This document shows positions 40,399-52,249 of a DNA stretch of 64,000 nucleotides, piece by piece. Source of the DNA: Trichosphaerium sp. ATCC 40318 (Eukaryota > Protista > Tubulinea); contig JALMLS010000289.1 in assembly GCA_038496445.1 (NCBI GenBank), positions 110,598 to 174,597 of the forward strand. The letters run 5' to 3'. The notes below the pieces were generated by a model, which was given only the letters and a program-made list of their open reading frames with translations, did not search any database and had not been told where the DNA came from. The stretch's first letter is position 1. Every line of letters begins with the position of its first letter. A program made the translations under genes and the position numbers.

Positions 40399-40638
40399 AC
40401 CAACAGTAATTCTAAACAAACATTTATCATGGCCCATCATGACTTTGAAATTACTCAACAAGTATCAAAGACTTCAGAATAAGCATCAAATCGTGATTTT
40501 AGTAAAAATACATAACAGAAATGTAAGAATAAGAACACTAAGAAATCGGAATCAAAAAAGTCAAGAAAAATCAAGTCCGTTTAAAAAGAACCTCAAAGTT
40601 TAAAAGAGCAACTCAAATAACGACTAATCTGGTTAACA

Positions 40639-42502
40639 ATGAACACTGAAGTCACCGGACAAAAGAGAGAACGAAGCACAGAGGAGCAAGCGGCCGTTAA
40701 AAAACAAAAAACTGTGCTAGGCACGTGTCTGCTCTTAACGCACTAAACTTTGATTATGAGCTGTTTTTTATCAATATTTGATGTTTCTGTATCTTACTAA
40801 CTTCCTTTTAAACAGATCAGTTCAAAAACCCTCCTTCCATGGAGCGCTTACTATCGTGGGCAACTGCCGGAAAGCTCACTGCTGAAGAGAAGAAACCGTT
40901 GGTATAATTTTGTGGTTTTTTTTCCATTGTTTTTTAGGCCTTTCTTACTTTTCTCAAAGGTAACGATTAACGCCACATCAAGTATCGCTGATGCAATAAA
41001 AGTAAGGTTCATTTTTATACAAGCCCAAAAAATACAGAAAATCAAAGTTTTTTCACGTGCACGCAAACAACATTAAATCAATCAATTTTCATATGGATTG
41101 TTAAAGTAGTTCTAGGTTCTTGCTGACAATAAGATATTATCGGCTCCTGTCGTTGAGGATGTACGATAAAAGACTCTAAAATTAAAGTCGTATTAACGGA
41201 TTTATGATAGGGTCTTGGTTTTCCAAGCTACAGAGGGTTCATTGATATGTTTGATATTTTGAGAGTAATCCTAAAGATTTACTCGAAAGATAAATACGTA
41301 CGACGCTTTTTCTCTTCTCTTCATGGCATATCAAGAAAGGAGCCTATCAATTATACTTACACGTACTTAGACTACAGTTGAAGAATGGTGGAGAGATTAC
41401 ACTACAAATGTTACAGAGTTACAAGTGAAATCAAGCATTTTAAAGACAACTACAGTTTTGACAGCTTTAGGTACTCTGGTTTCTTTTCGGCTACCTTCGA
41501 TATGCTGACGTATTTTATCTAGGTGACACCAGTTCTGTCTACAATGCATACGAATTTGACACGCCACTCTCTCAGATTCTTAGTACGTCAATACGTGTGA
41601 AAACAGATTATGTTCTAATGTTGTCAACAAATAGACGACTTTCAAAAAGGGATTCATCGTGTTGCTGTTGGGAAAGATGGTAAGCTAACAAGCATACTCA
41701 GTCAATCCACTGTTCTCAGGTACGTAAATACACTACTAAAATTAAAATAAACGCGTCTGTTACCAGGCAACAAAACATTTTTCTCGTACCACTTCTTCAT
41801 TTTTTTCAATTACTAATGCTGTTAGATATCTTGCCAAAAACGTTTCTCATCTTTCAAAGTACGCTAAGAGAGAGACTGTAATGAACATTGGTATAGGAAC
41901 AATCGGAACAGGATCATTACTTAAGGTACAACCAAACATCATAATCAACACTACTTGCTATCCAAAGAAAATAACATATTTTAGATCAACTACACTACCC
42001 CAACGATAGAAGCATTCTATATGCTATACCTGAACAATAAGTCAGCTCTTCCAATTGTAGACAATGAAGGGACTCTGTTAGCAAACTTGTCTATATCTGA
42101 CCTAAGGGTACACGCCAAAATTAAAACCCACAGAAGTAACCTCATTTTTTTATTAGGGAATTTCAACAAGAAACTTTGCATCTCTATTGTTGCCTGTTTT
42201 GGAGTTTATCTCATGTCAAGTTTCTGAGTTCAGGCCTCCTATAACAGTTGATATTTCTGATCCTTTCGAGACAGTACTATTAAAGCTTGCTGCAACAAAA
42301 GTACATCGTGTATGGGTACGGCAATAACCATCAACTAAACTTCTTTTTTTCTTGCTTTTTTATTTCAAAAGTTTCTGAACTTCTCTCTTTATAGGTGAAG
42401 AATAATGCTGAGTTGGCTGGTGTTATATCATTAACAGATGTTATGAAAATAATACCAGCTGCTTATAACCCAAAAGTAGATGTTGCACAGTGGTTTTCTT
42501 AA
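40639..42502 (+). CDS. Four-CBS-domain protein (SNF4/AMPK-gamma/Sds23-like), multi-exon
   Basis: VLADNKILSAPVV, GFIDMFDIL, GIHRVAV, ILSQSTVLRYL, SALPIVDNEGTLLANLSISDLRG, KVHRVWV and GVISLTDVM. Confidence 0.88.
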
Positions 42503-42582
42503 AGAGAGTATAAAACACCATCTGAAAAATACAAAATAAACAAAACTTTTTTCAGACAGCCTGGTTATTCGCAAGACGCAAT

Positions 42583-43464
42583 TTAAGTCATGTGCGTCGG
42601 GACACTCTGTTGTACAGAGGGCGTTGAAACAACTGAAACAAATATTGCAATCAGTTTTTCTAACAATGGAACGCAGTGTACTAGGCGAATAGCTACAGTA
42701 TCGTTCGTTTCATGTAGGAGTGCTACAACACGTGCAACACAGCGTTTAATGTATTGTCTTGCCTTATCTCGTACATCCAAATGTGTTGAACATAACGCTC
42801 AAAGCACACTCTCTAACCAGTAGTTGATCTCTTAATACCAATCATTCAAGATAGCCTCCAGGACCTAGTTTTTGATTAGAAGTAAGCTTAGAAACCAAAA
42901 AAAGAAAGAAAACAGAATGAGATTCCATACCACATCCTACAGCTTCATAACAAACTCTTGTTAACAACACTCAAATATAAGAACGTCGAATAGATATGCT
43001 GCACCTTGTGCATAGGTGATGGTTTGAGTTCTTTATGTTGCGAGTGATATAAGGCACAACTTTGGGCCTACAGAATCTGCGTCTCCAATCGGTTTCTCAG
43101 GATCTTGAACTTCCAAATAAGAGCCAACAACGGTAAACTCCTTTTTCGACATTCAGACTGTTTGTGGTGTACATGGTCTTCTGGGAATCAAAAACGCACC
43201 GTTAACGAATGGGTGAGGTGCCAATACCAGTTCTAAATACCACAGATAGCTCACGGTAGCGTACAAAGCCTGCTACATCTATTATGTGGAATACTAGATT
43301 TATTACATCTGCTGGTAGCGACTGAAGCGTCAACGCTTCCGTACATCCTTATTCAGGCACAAAAAGCTAACCAGCCCAAACACGCGATTTTAAAGTTCTT
43401 TTTACAGGTTGAGCCTTTACAGCTATGAGAAAAATTGGCGGTTTAATTCGTTTGACGCTCCCAT
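42583..43464 (-). CDS. Possible small multi-exon F-box protein; structure unresolved
   Basis: The minus strand at about 43345-43230 reads LTLQSLPADVINLVFHIIDVAGFVRYRELSVVFR (F-box-like). The downstream exons could not be joined unambiguously. Confidence 0.35.
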
Positions 43465-43482
43465 GGCCTAGAAGTGTCCAAA

Positions 43483-46400
43483 ATGCAATTCTTAAACCAT
43501 GCGTGGATCGCCGCGCAAACGCTTGATGGTGTAAAACCACTGTGCAGCCCAAATGCTCAAATAGTAAAGGTACACGCTCTAACCTCAACCGTTATAACGA
43601 TATAAGTACCAATCATACCCAAATGAACAAGTTCCCTATGCTCGGCTTATTATCTCCGATGGGTATCACCAAGTACATGCTATACTCACTGCAGAAGCGG
43701 TGAAGCACTTTACAACGTAAGTAAACAGACATTTCTGTTTGACAGTTCTAACAATTCCCAGAGAACACCCTAATATACCATTAAACACCACATACGGAGC
43801 CTTGATAACCCTTCAAGACCATGACGTTAAAATCGCACCAGACTACAAAAACTACTTGGTTGAGATACGTAAGTTGTCATTCCACGGGTGTGAGGGTCAA
43901 GATGTGGTCGGGAAACCTAAAATGCTCGAGAGCCTTGCTCGTGTTCGCGCCCAACTTCAAAAAGACAAGTACGCCATAAAAACGCGCCATACGTTGTTTA
44001 TTTATTCAAATATTTTTGTAGAGACAGTACGTGAGAACAACTTTTTTTTTGTAGAGTACAGCTAGAGTGCTTCTACACGAAAGCAAACCAATAAAAAGCT
44101 CGCGAGACGTTAAATTCGTTTTAGAGGAAGACGTGCCGTCTCAAGGTATGGGTTTAATCGCCGATATGCTCTCTCAGGCTATAAATAATGATGCTGTCGC
44201 TCCACCAAACTATGTACGTGTTCTCAAGGCATCTTGGTGCTAAAACTAATTTTGTGACGCTAGGTTCTAAGTCAATCTGATTGCTATCCGCCTCCAGACC
44301 AAACCACAGCATTAGACGAGCTAGATGGTACGCAACGAACGTTGTGACTGACTTATTTACTTTTCTCAGGTTGGAAACCTGCGGATGTTGTTACGCCTGA
44401 AAAGGCACCGAAGCCTCCTGCATCACAGCCAGATGCGCCAACAGATACTCAAGTAAGCGTTTTGATAAAACCAACCACATCTGTTTCGTGATTCTTAAGG
44501 CTTTTTTGCAGGGTACACAGCCAGCCTTCATGAAGAACCATCCAACGTGGGTTTTCGATGGAAGCGTACGTAAACTTTAAACCGTTTACGCGCTCTAAAA
44601 TCTTATTTTTTTAAAAGCTCGACCTTGATGGGGACTTCGAAGATATGGAAAACCCCGAAAAGTACTTGAATGCTGCTGTAGACCTAAGCCAAAATACTCC
44701 TGGAACACCTAGTGGTGCCTCTCAAGATTCAAATAAATCCGTCGCAACAGGAAAAACGAGCAATGCGGCTAAATCTACGCCCAACTACGATGCCGTGGCA
44801 TCAGGTAAAGTCCATAATGTTTCTGCTCGTACTAAAAAAAATCCAAGGTGAAGAAAGTCAACTCTCGGAGAAATCAGAGGTAGATGATGTAGATGACGAC
44901 GATGTTGAATATGAAAAGCTTGTAGATTATGAAGATAACGAAGATAATGAACCAACTACTCAAGTTGGTGGTTTTCAGTTGACTCAGTACAGCGAAGAAC
45001 AAGATAATAATTCTATAGACGAATCTGAATCTGATCAAGTCATTCCCGAGACACCACAATCTCAGAAAACTCAATCAACGCCCGAAAGTACAGGACCTCA
45101 AGTAATTCCAGAGACACCACAGAACAAAACAGACGAAGCAACACAACCAGCCACATGTGGGAAAAATTCTTCTCCAGATGAAGTGCAAGAAGTAGAGATA
45201 AATGAAGACGTGCCTAAAATTATTGCACCAAGTGTTGATGACTCCTCTGTGAGTATGATGGCTCATCAACCAAGTTATAATGTTTTTAATGATGGACCTC
45301 ATGCTATACAGAGCATGTCACCTCTCCTTGGCGAGGAGGAATATGTTGGAATCGCAAACAAAGAAAATGAAGAAAAAGAAGAAAAAAACAAGAAAGTTGA
45401 CAAAACGAAAAGAGGTTCAAGCAAAGACATCAACCCTGACCCTGATAATGTAGATGTTTTTAGTCTAAGTAATTCAGATGAAGGTTTTGCTATAGAGGAA
45501 AGAGAACCAGAGTTAGAGGATATTGATGAAGATAATTTAAGCTCACAACTAAGAGCTTACTTTCACGGCGAAAACAAGTTTGATGAAGATGACTTACGTG
45601 AGAAACTTTTTGCTTATTTTTGCGGTGATAATGATGAACAAGTACGTTACAATTTCGACGAAACCAATAACTCAAAGAGACAGTACCAAAAACAACAGTT
45701 CCACAAAAAGAACTTGACCCTTCTTCCGATTTTTTTTGTTTAATTTTTTTTTTCTTTAGGAACAAAGTAGTGATACAGAAAATAAACCTACACGTGATAG
45801 TGTATCTAAAAAAGTATCTAATATTGTAAAAATACTTGCTCGAGAACAGTATGGTATTATTCTTGGCAAAGAAGGAAAAAAACAAAGAAAAGACAAAAAT
45901 GACAACGATGAAATGGCAATAATCATAGAAGATAGCCAAGACTCATCTTTAGAAAATACGCCCTCATCAAGTGGAAATCAACAAAGAAGCGAGTACCAAC
46001 CATTAACTCAAAATAATTCTGCTAAAATGGAGGATGTCATAAGTAAGTTTATGGCAGAACATGTTGATTGTTCTACACAAGATGATCGTTTTGATCCAAC
46101 CAAAGATGTTCAACAAAGTGATGATGGTAAAGAAGATTTTATAGATGAAGTAAGATCTTTAGAATCAAAAATAACATCAAAAGAACAAGAAGAAGAAGAA
46201 GAAGAAGAAAGAGAAGGAGGAAAAGAAGCGGAAAAAAGCAGACGGCAAGCCAAGAAAGTGGTTCCTAAAAAAAAACCGTATACTATCACTAAAGGAAGAC
46301 TAAACGATATATCTCCTTCACCCTCTTCGAAGAAAAAGACGAGGAAAACAAAAACAAAGGCTACAACAAAAACAAAGAAAAAGAAAGTGGCTAAAAAACT

Positions 46401-46833
46401 GTTTAATGATAGAAGCAGTGATAACAGTAGAAAAAGAAAGGATAAACCATCAGATGATAGTACATCTTCTATGACTAGTTTAAAGAAAAAACAAAAGAAA
46501 AGTACAACTACAAAGAAAGGTACTTCGGCTACTTCTGTCATAGTTCAAGATCATGTTGTTATCTCTACGCCTGATTCATTGTCATACAAGATACCTATAC
46601 AGCAGAAGGCAAGTGTATCCAGAAGTCGAAAAAGAAAAAGAGAAGGGAAGGATGAAGATGAAAGAGAAGATAGCCAATTACAACAAAATTTGATAAACAG
46701 AGAAAGAAGTAAACCTGTTCGTCCACGAAAGAAGATGAGGTTTTCTATGGCTGAATTAAGGCAACTATGTCTTCCTAAGGTTCAGGAGACTCAGAAAAAG
46801 TACTGGAGCTGGTTAAGGAAAAGAAGGGTGTAA
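43483..46833 (+). CDS. TPP1/Tpz1/Est3-like telomere OB-fold protein with long acidic, S/TQ-rich and Lys-rich disordered regions, multi-exon
   Basis: The spliced N-terminus reads MQFLNHAWIAAQTL..NAQIVK..YARLIISDGYHQVHAILTAEAVKHF..YGALITLQDHDV..YLVEIRKLSFHGCEG..VGKP. This matches my recollection of the TPP1/Est3 OB-fold pattern. Confidence 0.75.
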
Positions 46834-47571
46834 AAAAATAGCATAGGAGTCTTTTCAAAATGTACAAAAAAATAAAAGAATTCCTTATCTTCTTTCTTGT
46901 GTTTTCAACTAATTCTGAGTGTACTTGATTTATAGTGTTTAAATAAGCGTTAGGCAGATGGTGTGCAAGCGGTTCGGTCAAGTAATTTACTTTATCTCCA
47001 GACATTACTGTAGTTGATTTGTTTAGAAATGAAAGCTAGAGTTTATGAAATATAAAACCTCTTTAGAATTTAATCTCTTGTATGTCTTTATCCGGAGCCT
47101 TCTTGACGATCTTCTGCCTTCACCAAGACCTGTTTCTATAACATCTTAAAGCTAAGCATTAGATTTTACGCTGGGTAAGCATTAACCGCTCAAGCAACGA
47201 CAAAAACAAAATGAAGTACTGCAATTGCAGCGATATTTTTACCACGCGATTACAACTTAAACGAATTCGTATTGTATTGTTGTCATTCCGAAAATACGCG
47301 AAATTTTATTCTCCTTTGTGTCACAACATGTACTTTTTTTGATAGGAGTGTTGTTCAACCGTGATACCCAATTATCAATACCAAAAACTGAAAAACCAAT
47401 ATTGGCGTGCTCCCTCGTTTTGTCGGCAGAGTATTGTGATATATATAAATCCGCATTTTTGCCCGCAATAAAAGATAAATTTAATAAAATACCTTGATCC
47501 AACTTAAACAAAATCATTCAAACTCAAACACCAACACCAACAACATCAAAAAACAAAATAAACTAAATAAA

Positions 47572-48018
47572 ATGGAAGGTATTCTCAAGTTTTTTAATGC
47601 CGTAGAAACAGGCAAAGGATCTTCATCTATTCAACAGTTTATTGTCCCTGGTGCAACTTTTACTTGTCAAGCAGACCATTATAAAGCGAATAAGACAATT
47701 GAAGCTTATGCAGATGTTCTAAAGGGTACGTTGGTTTCATCTTTTAGACGCAACTTTTCATCTTTTTTGGACATAGCACTAACTTGTGACAAAATAGAGG
47801 AGGTAAAGGAACTACCTACAGCTGGTCCAAAAATAATAAGCGCATCAGAAGCTAATGGCACTTACCTCATCTATGCTAAGTTTATGGCAAACTCAGAAGG
47901 CGCTGGACCTACACCAACTGACTTTGTTTACGCGATTACCACAAAAAAAGGTAAAGTCACTGGTGTAACCAAGATATGGAATGATGTCCCTGCATTCAAA
48001 AACCTTGGATGGGCATAA
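47572..48018 (+). CDS. SnoaL-like/NTF2-fold ester-cyclase-family protein of bacterial type; one 72-nt intron (47726-47797)
   Basis: KFFNAVETGKG..ATFTCQAD..TIEAYAD..DFVYAIT..GKVTGVTKIWND..KNLGWA*. The intron has a GTACGT donor, an ACTAAC branch site and a TAG acceptor. Confidence 0.8.
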   Translation: MEGILKFFNAVETGKGSSSIQQFIVPGATFTCQADHYKANKTIEAYADVLKGTLVSSFRRNFSSFLDIALTCDKIEEVKELPTAGPKIISASEANGTYLIYAKFMANSEGAGPTPTDFVYAITTKKGKVTGVTKIWNDVPAFKNLGWA

Positions 48019-48541
48019 ACTTTCTTTGTAACTGTACATGCAAATAATTAGTATAAAATACAATCAATTATTTTATCCCATTGCTGTTTCCTCTACATTA
48101 AAGTCTACATTTTTACCCAACTCACGCACGTATGTCAAATTAATATACGAGTTCCAGTTAATTTGATGGTTTTATCCCTATCAAAGGCGTAAATTACAGA
48201 TACCCTGCAAGCGCTTAGATGCCTTCCTCTGTTACTAAAATCACTAAGGTAGTATGAGCTCCAGTAAAATAACATTGTCACCAACTTGTCGGTGTTCAAG
48301 TAAATTTGTAACAGTTTTACCTACAAGTATAAGATATGTTTTCAGTCTGAGTTGCGCCAAACAGCTAATGCAACACAACTGAAATCATGTGATTGTTGAC
48401 CTACAGCGACCAAATGCAAATAAACTGATTGGTACTAATTTTTCCACAGTGTTGCCCAATTAGTTTATTTGTTTAGTTCCCATACAAGGACACAAAAGGT
48501 TTACATTGCAATAATCTGTTGTTTTTGTCAATGTCGACTTG

Positions 48542-49532
48542 TTACCATGTTAACAACATGTACACCACAGGAATGATAGCATAAAACAAAGAATGAGAGG
48601 AAATCGTGGTTGTGCTGCTTCTCTTTGTTTTTGAAGAAGGTGTTGAAGAACAGGGATTTGAAGGAGTAGTTGAGCCTGTAGGAGGGGGATTGTAGTTGGA
48701 GCTCTCAGAACACACAACTCGCCCTGATACTCCCAGTTCGTTTGATACCTCACAGTGTGTGTACAGGTTAGCCTCAATGCGTTCAGGATCACCTGAACAT
48801 TCAATATTACTACTACTGTACAGAGCCTTTTTTAATTGACCCTGAGCTTATAGTTTAGCAAAAAGGAATATGCAACTCATACAATAAATACATACAAAAC
48901 GGCACGTCACAACAAAAGGGTCTCCATCATTGGTGACGCATTCTCCACTCGTATAGTTTGTTATTATCGAAGGTTCACCGCTACAATCTTGGTTCAAGTA
49001 TCCGACCGAAAATATAGAGAGTGGCGGAGCAGGAGACTAAAGTAGATGTCGGCGGGTGGTTTTTTTTGGATATTTGATAACATTTTACGCACGGGATTTG
49101 GCGTGCATTTGATAATGTATGAAAATGGTGCTGCTACAAGACACCGTGTTGGATCTGCACGAACGTCTATTTCCTCAAAGAGCTGTTCGCAGTTTTCTGT
49201 GTCATTATATATGCGGTAGACGAGCTAAACATTAAGTAAACATGGTTACTAGCTCTAAAGAATTGCGTACTTCAGAACTGCGCGGACAGTCTATGTACTT
49301 TATAGCATTGACAGTCATGAATGTTGGAAGAGAATTAGTTTCTCCATAGCACGTGTTGAAACTACGTTCGACTGTTTTGAAAGGTTGACCGGAACAGTCA
49401 GTGTTCGAATAAACCTAAGGTGATTTGGGTTATCACAAGAAATAGAAAAAAGATCATATGACATGCCTCGAAACTGATTTGAGATACTGTGCTGCTTACT
49501 AATAGAACGATAAGAATAGTTATAAAACGCAT
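48542..49532 (-). CDS. Secreted Cys-rich surface protein, probably GPI-anchored, multi-exon
   Basis: Signal MRFITILIVLLVSSTVS; repeated YxxxxC(S)G.P...C motifs (YNDTENCE, YLNQDCSGEP, IECSGDP); a Ser/Thr/Pro stalk; hydrophobic end SLFYAIIPVVYMLLTW*. Confidence 0.7.
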
Positions 49533-49937
49533 TTTGCAAGACTTGCTATCCGTGTAAGGTATAGTTTTTAATACTGCGTACACGTGCCGACCCGAACACC
49601 ACAGTGACACATAGTGCTGTTATAATATCCACGAATTCATAGGAAATGGGAGGTGTGTTAAATGGTGCTCTAGAAAAGACAATGAGGCTAGTATCAACCA
49701 CGTGCTGATAGATTTCTGTCATCGATACTTCGGGTGAACCCGAAATCCTGAATCTGTCGAGGGATTTTTGTCCGCCCATTAGTTTATGTGATAACGTGGT
49801 TGATAACATAGTCCATTCGATTGTTAACAAAATGTATGAAAGCCAGCAACGCACGTGAACGTAGAAGGCAACTTGAGAGTATATAAGTGAAGAATAACTT
49901 GGTTCCTGCTTTCTTTATTGTTTCAATATTTGAATAG

Positions 49938-51768
49938 TTACAAGATAAAATTTTGGCACTTTTGGTGTACTATTCCTTTACCATACTCATCGTAGACACT
50001 TTTCTCGATCCATTTAGAATCAAAACCAACTTGAGATGTAACAATACATGCTCCAATCCATGATGAACGTTTTCGTTCTGGACTAGCTTTAACATTAATT
50101 TTTGCCTTTGGAGATAGTTTTTTTAGATCAAAAGTAATCCTATCGGCTATTCCAGGTAGCATTGTATTACCACCAGCAAGTACAATATTTCTAAATAGCT
50201 CCTACAAGCTAGTGAATAACAAAAGCAGAAATCGCTTTTTTTACAACTAAAATCTTTTTGCAATGGCATGGAAAAGCCAAGAATAAGGCTTCTTGTAAAA
50301 CCCAACTACGATATTGATTGTAAAACATCGTTGAGCAAACAAAAGGGCCTAGCCCAACAAGCGAAAAACGTCGAACAAAATCTGACAAGAAAAAAAAAAG
50401 GGAAAGAAATTGTTCTTTGTGTACCTTACGCATCTTCTTTTTGCATTTCATTACAGTGTTGAATATTCCCTGAGAAATACCTTGTTCATTAACACCAGCT
50501 ATACTAGGATCCATTAAAATCTCAGCACACTTCATACGCTCTTCTTTAACTGTTACACAACTGCCATCGTCTAGCTCGTATGTCTTCTGATTATTATCTT
50601 TAAACACTTCAAGTTCGCTTTCATATCCCTTGGCAGCGACATATCCATGTTTTTCTTTTATATCACGTACAATATCAATACCTTGTGATGTATTGAACTC
50701 ATAGCCGGCTTCACAAAGAAGCCCAGTCAAGTATTTTGTTACATCTTTACCTCCAAATGCAGCTTTTCCAATTGAGTCTGTTACAATCTTTCCATCGTAC
50801 ACAGGAACATAGCTCGTAACACCACCTCCGGATGAGACTATCAAACCTCTATTTGTTTGACTACAAGCCGCTATAAAAGGAGCTTCCAAAGATATATAAA
50901 AGTATGGCACTTCAAATGTTTCAAACAGCATCTCAATATACTTTTCTCTAGCAGACGTAAACAACAAGATTCGCATGAAAGAAAAAAAACAAAAGAACCT
51001 TCCCCAAACAAGAAATATCATTCTCTATTTGGTGTAACCAAAACAGTACTGATAGTCAAAAAAAAAACCAACAAAAATCACACATTGACGATATGATGAG
51101 AAAAAGAAAATTTCAGGAATGCACAAAACTTCAAAGTCAAAAAAGGCATACCTATCAGTATTTGACGACATTGGTGTATCCATTATTAAAACAGGGTGTT
51201 CATTAGCTTCTATACGCATTTCGGTTTTAAGCGTGTAATCCAAGATACGCTCTATACTTTCCCAGTTTGTAACTTGTCCGTTTTGTATTGGGTATGACAA
51301 GTTCAATGAGCCGCTCTTTGATAAAGCGTTATCACCAATATAAGTACCTAACTTCTTTGTAAGCAGATATAGATACATAATACAAACTACAATCTCATAG
51401 AAGGTTGACAAAAAACAACACTCGCCCAACTCTTTATAATCCTTTTGTGTCTTTATCCACAGCTCACAATTGCACACAATCATATGTTTTGCGTGTAACG
51501 AGGAATGCAACAAAAAGGATTATAAATAGAGGTCCTTTTCCGTTGAGCCAATGTGCAAAAAATCAAATACGAGATTATCTGAATTTGTTTAATGGGAATC
51601 ATAAATCAGAGTAGTATCAGTTGTGTTTTTTGCGCTATCTTGTGCGTGTTGGGCGCTATTAGTACCAATCACGGTTGGAAATATAGTATGGGGAGCGCTA
51701 GAACTACTAAAACCGGCTAGGATATTACTAGAGCCCATAGATATGATTATCGGAGTCGTTTCTTCCAT
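49938..51768 (-). CDS. Divergent actin / actin-related protein, multi-exon
   Basis: LAGF..AP..IFPTVIG, YIGDNAL, LSYPIQNGQVTNWE, EHPVL, EMLFETFEVP, IVRDIKEKHGYVA, NIVLAGGNTMLPGIADR and PERKRSSWIGA. Confidence 0.93.
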
Positions 51769-52249
51769 AAGTTAGTTCTAAACAATAAACAAGGTCTATT
51801 TATACGTAAAACGCACCCATGTTCGATTCACCATCATTTTTCGCGTTTGTAGGCGCTTTCATTGTGTTTGTTGCTAAATTTAACTCTGCCTTAACCTTTT
51901 TTGATATCTTACTTAATATGTTTGCAATCACGTGATACAAAGGCGTTTTCAATACATAACAAAGAAACAAGACAGGAGAAAGGTTAGGTACGTAGTTAGC
52001 CTGTACCGAACGATAGAAGACGACAGGTTTAACAACAATGTAACAAAAGTTGACAGCTAACATTTAACCCGTTCACTCTATCAAGACCAGTGTATGTACG
52101 TCTATTCAAAACAGTACAAAGAATCTATAAGTTAACCGGTAATGCATTACAAAATCTAATAAGAGGTATGTGCTGCTGCAAACTTGTTTATAAAAAAAAT
52201 CTCAGGCCATGTTTACAATATGGTTTTTTTTTTCGTTACTGCCAACTTG

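Noticed and set aside
45075-46541. Hydrophobic Phe/Val-rich antisense ORFs that look like membrane proteins
   Set aside because: They are the reverse complement of the Lys/Glu/Asp-rich exons of the TPP1-like gene.
51811-51835. GTTCGATTC resembling a tRNA T-loop
   Set aside because: No T-stem pairing and no cloverleaf around it.
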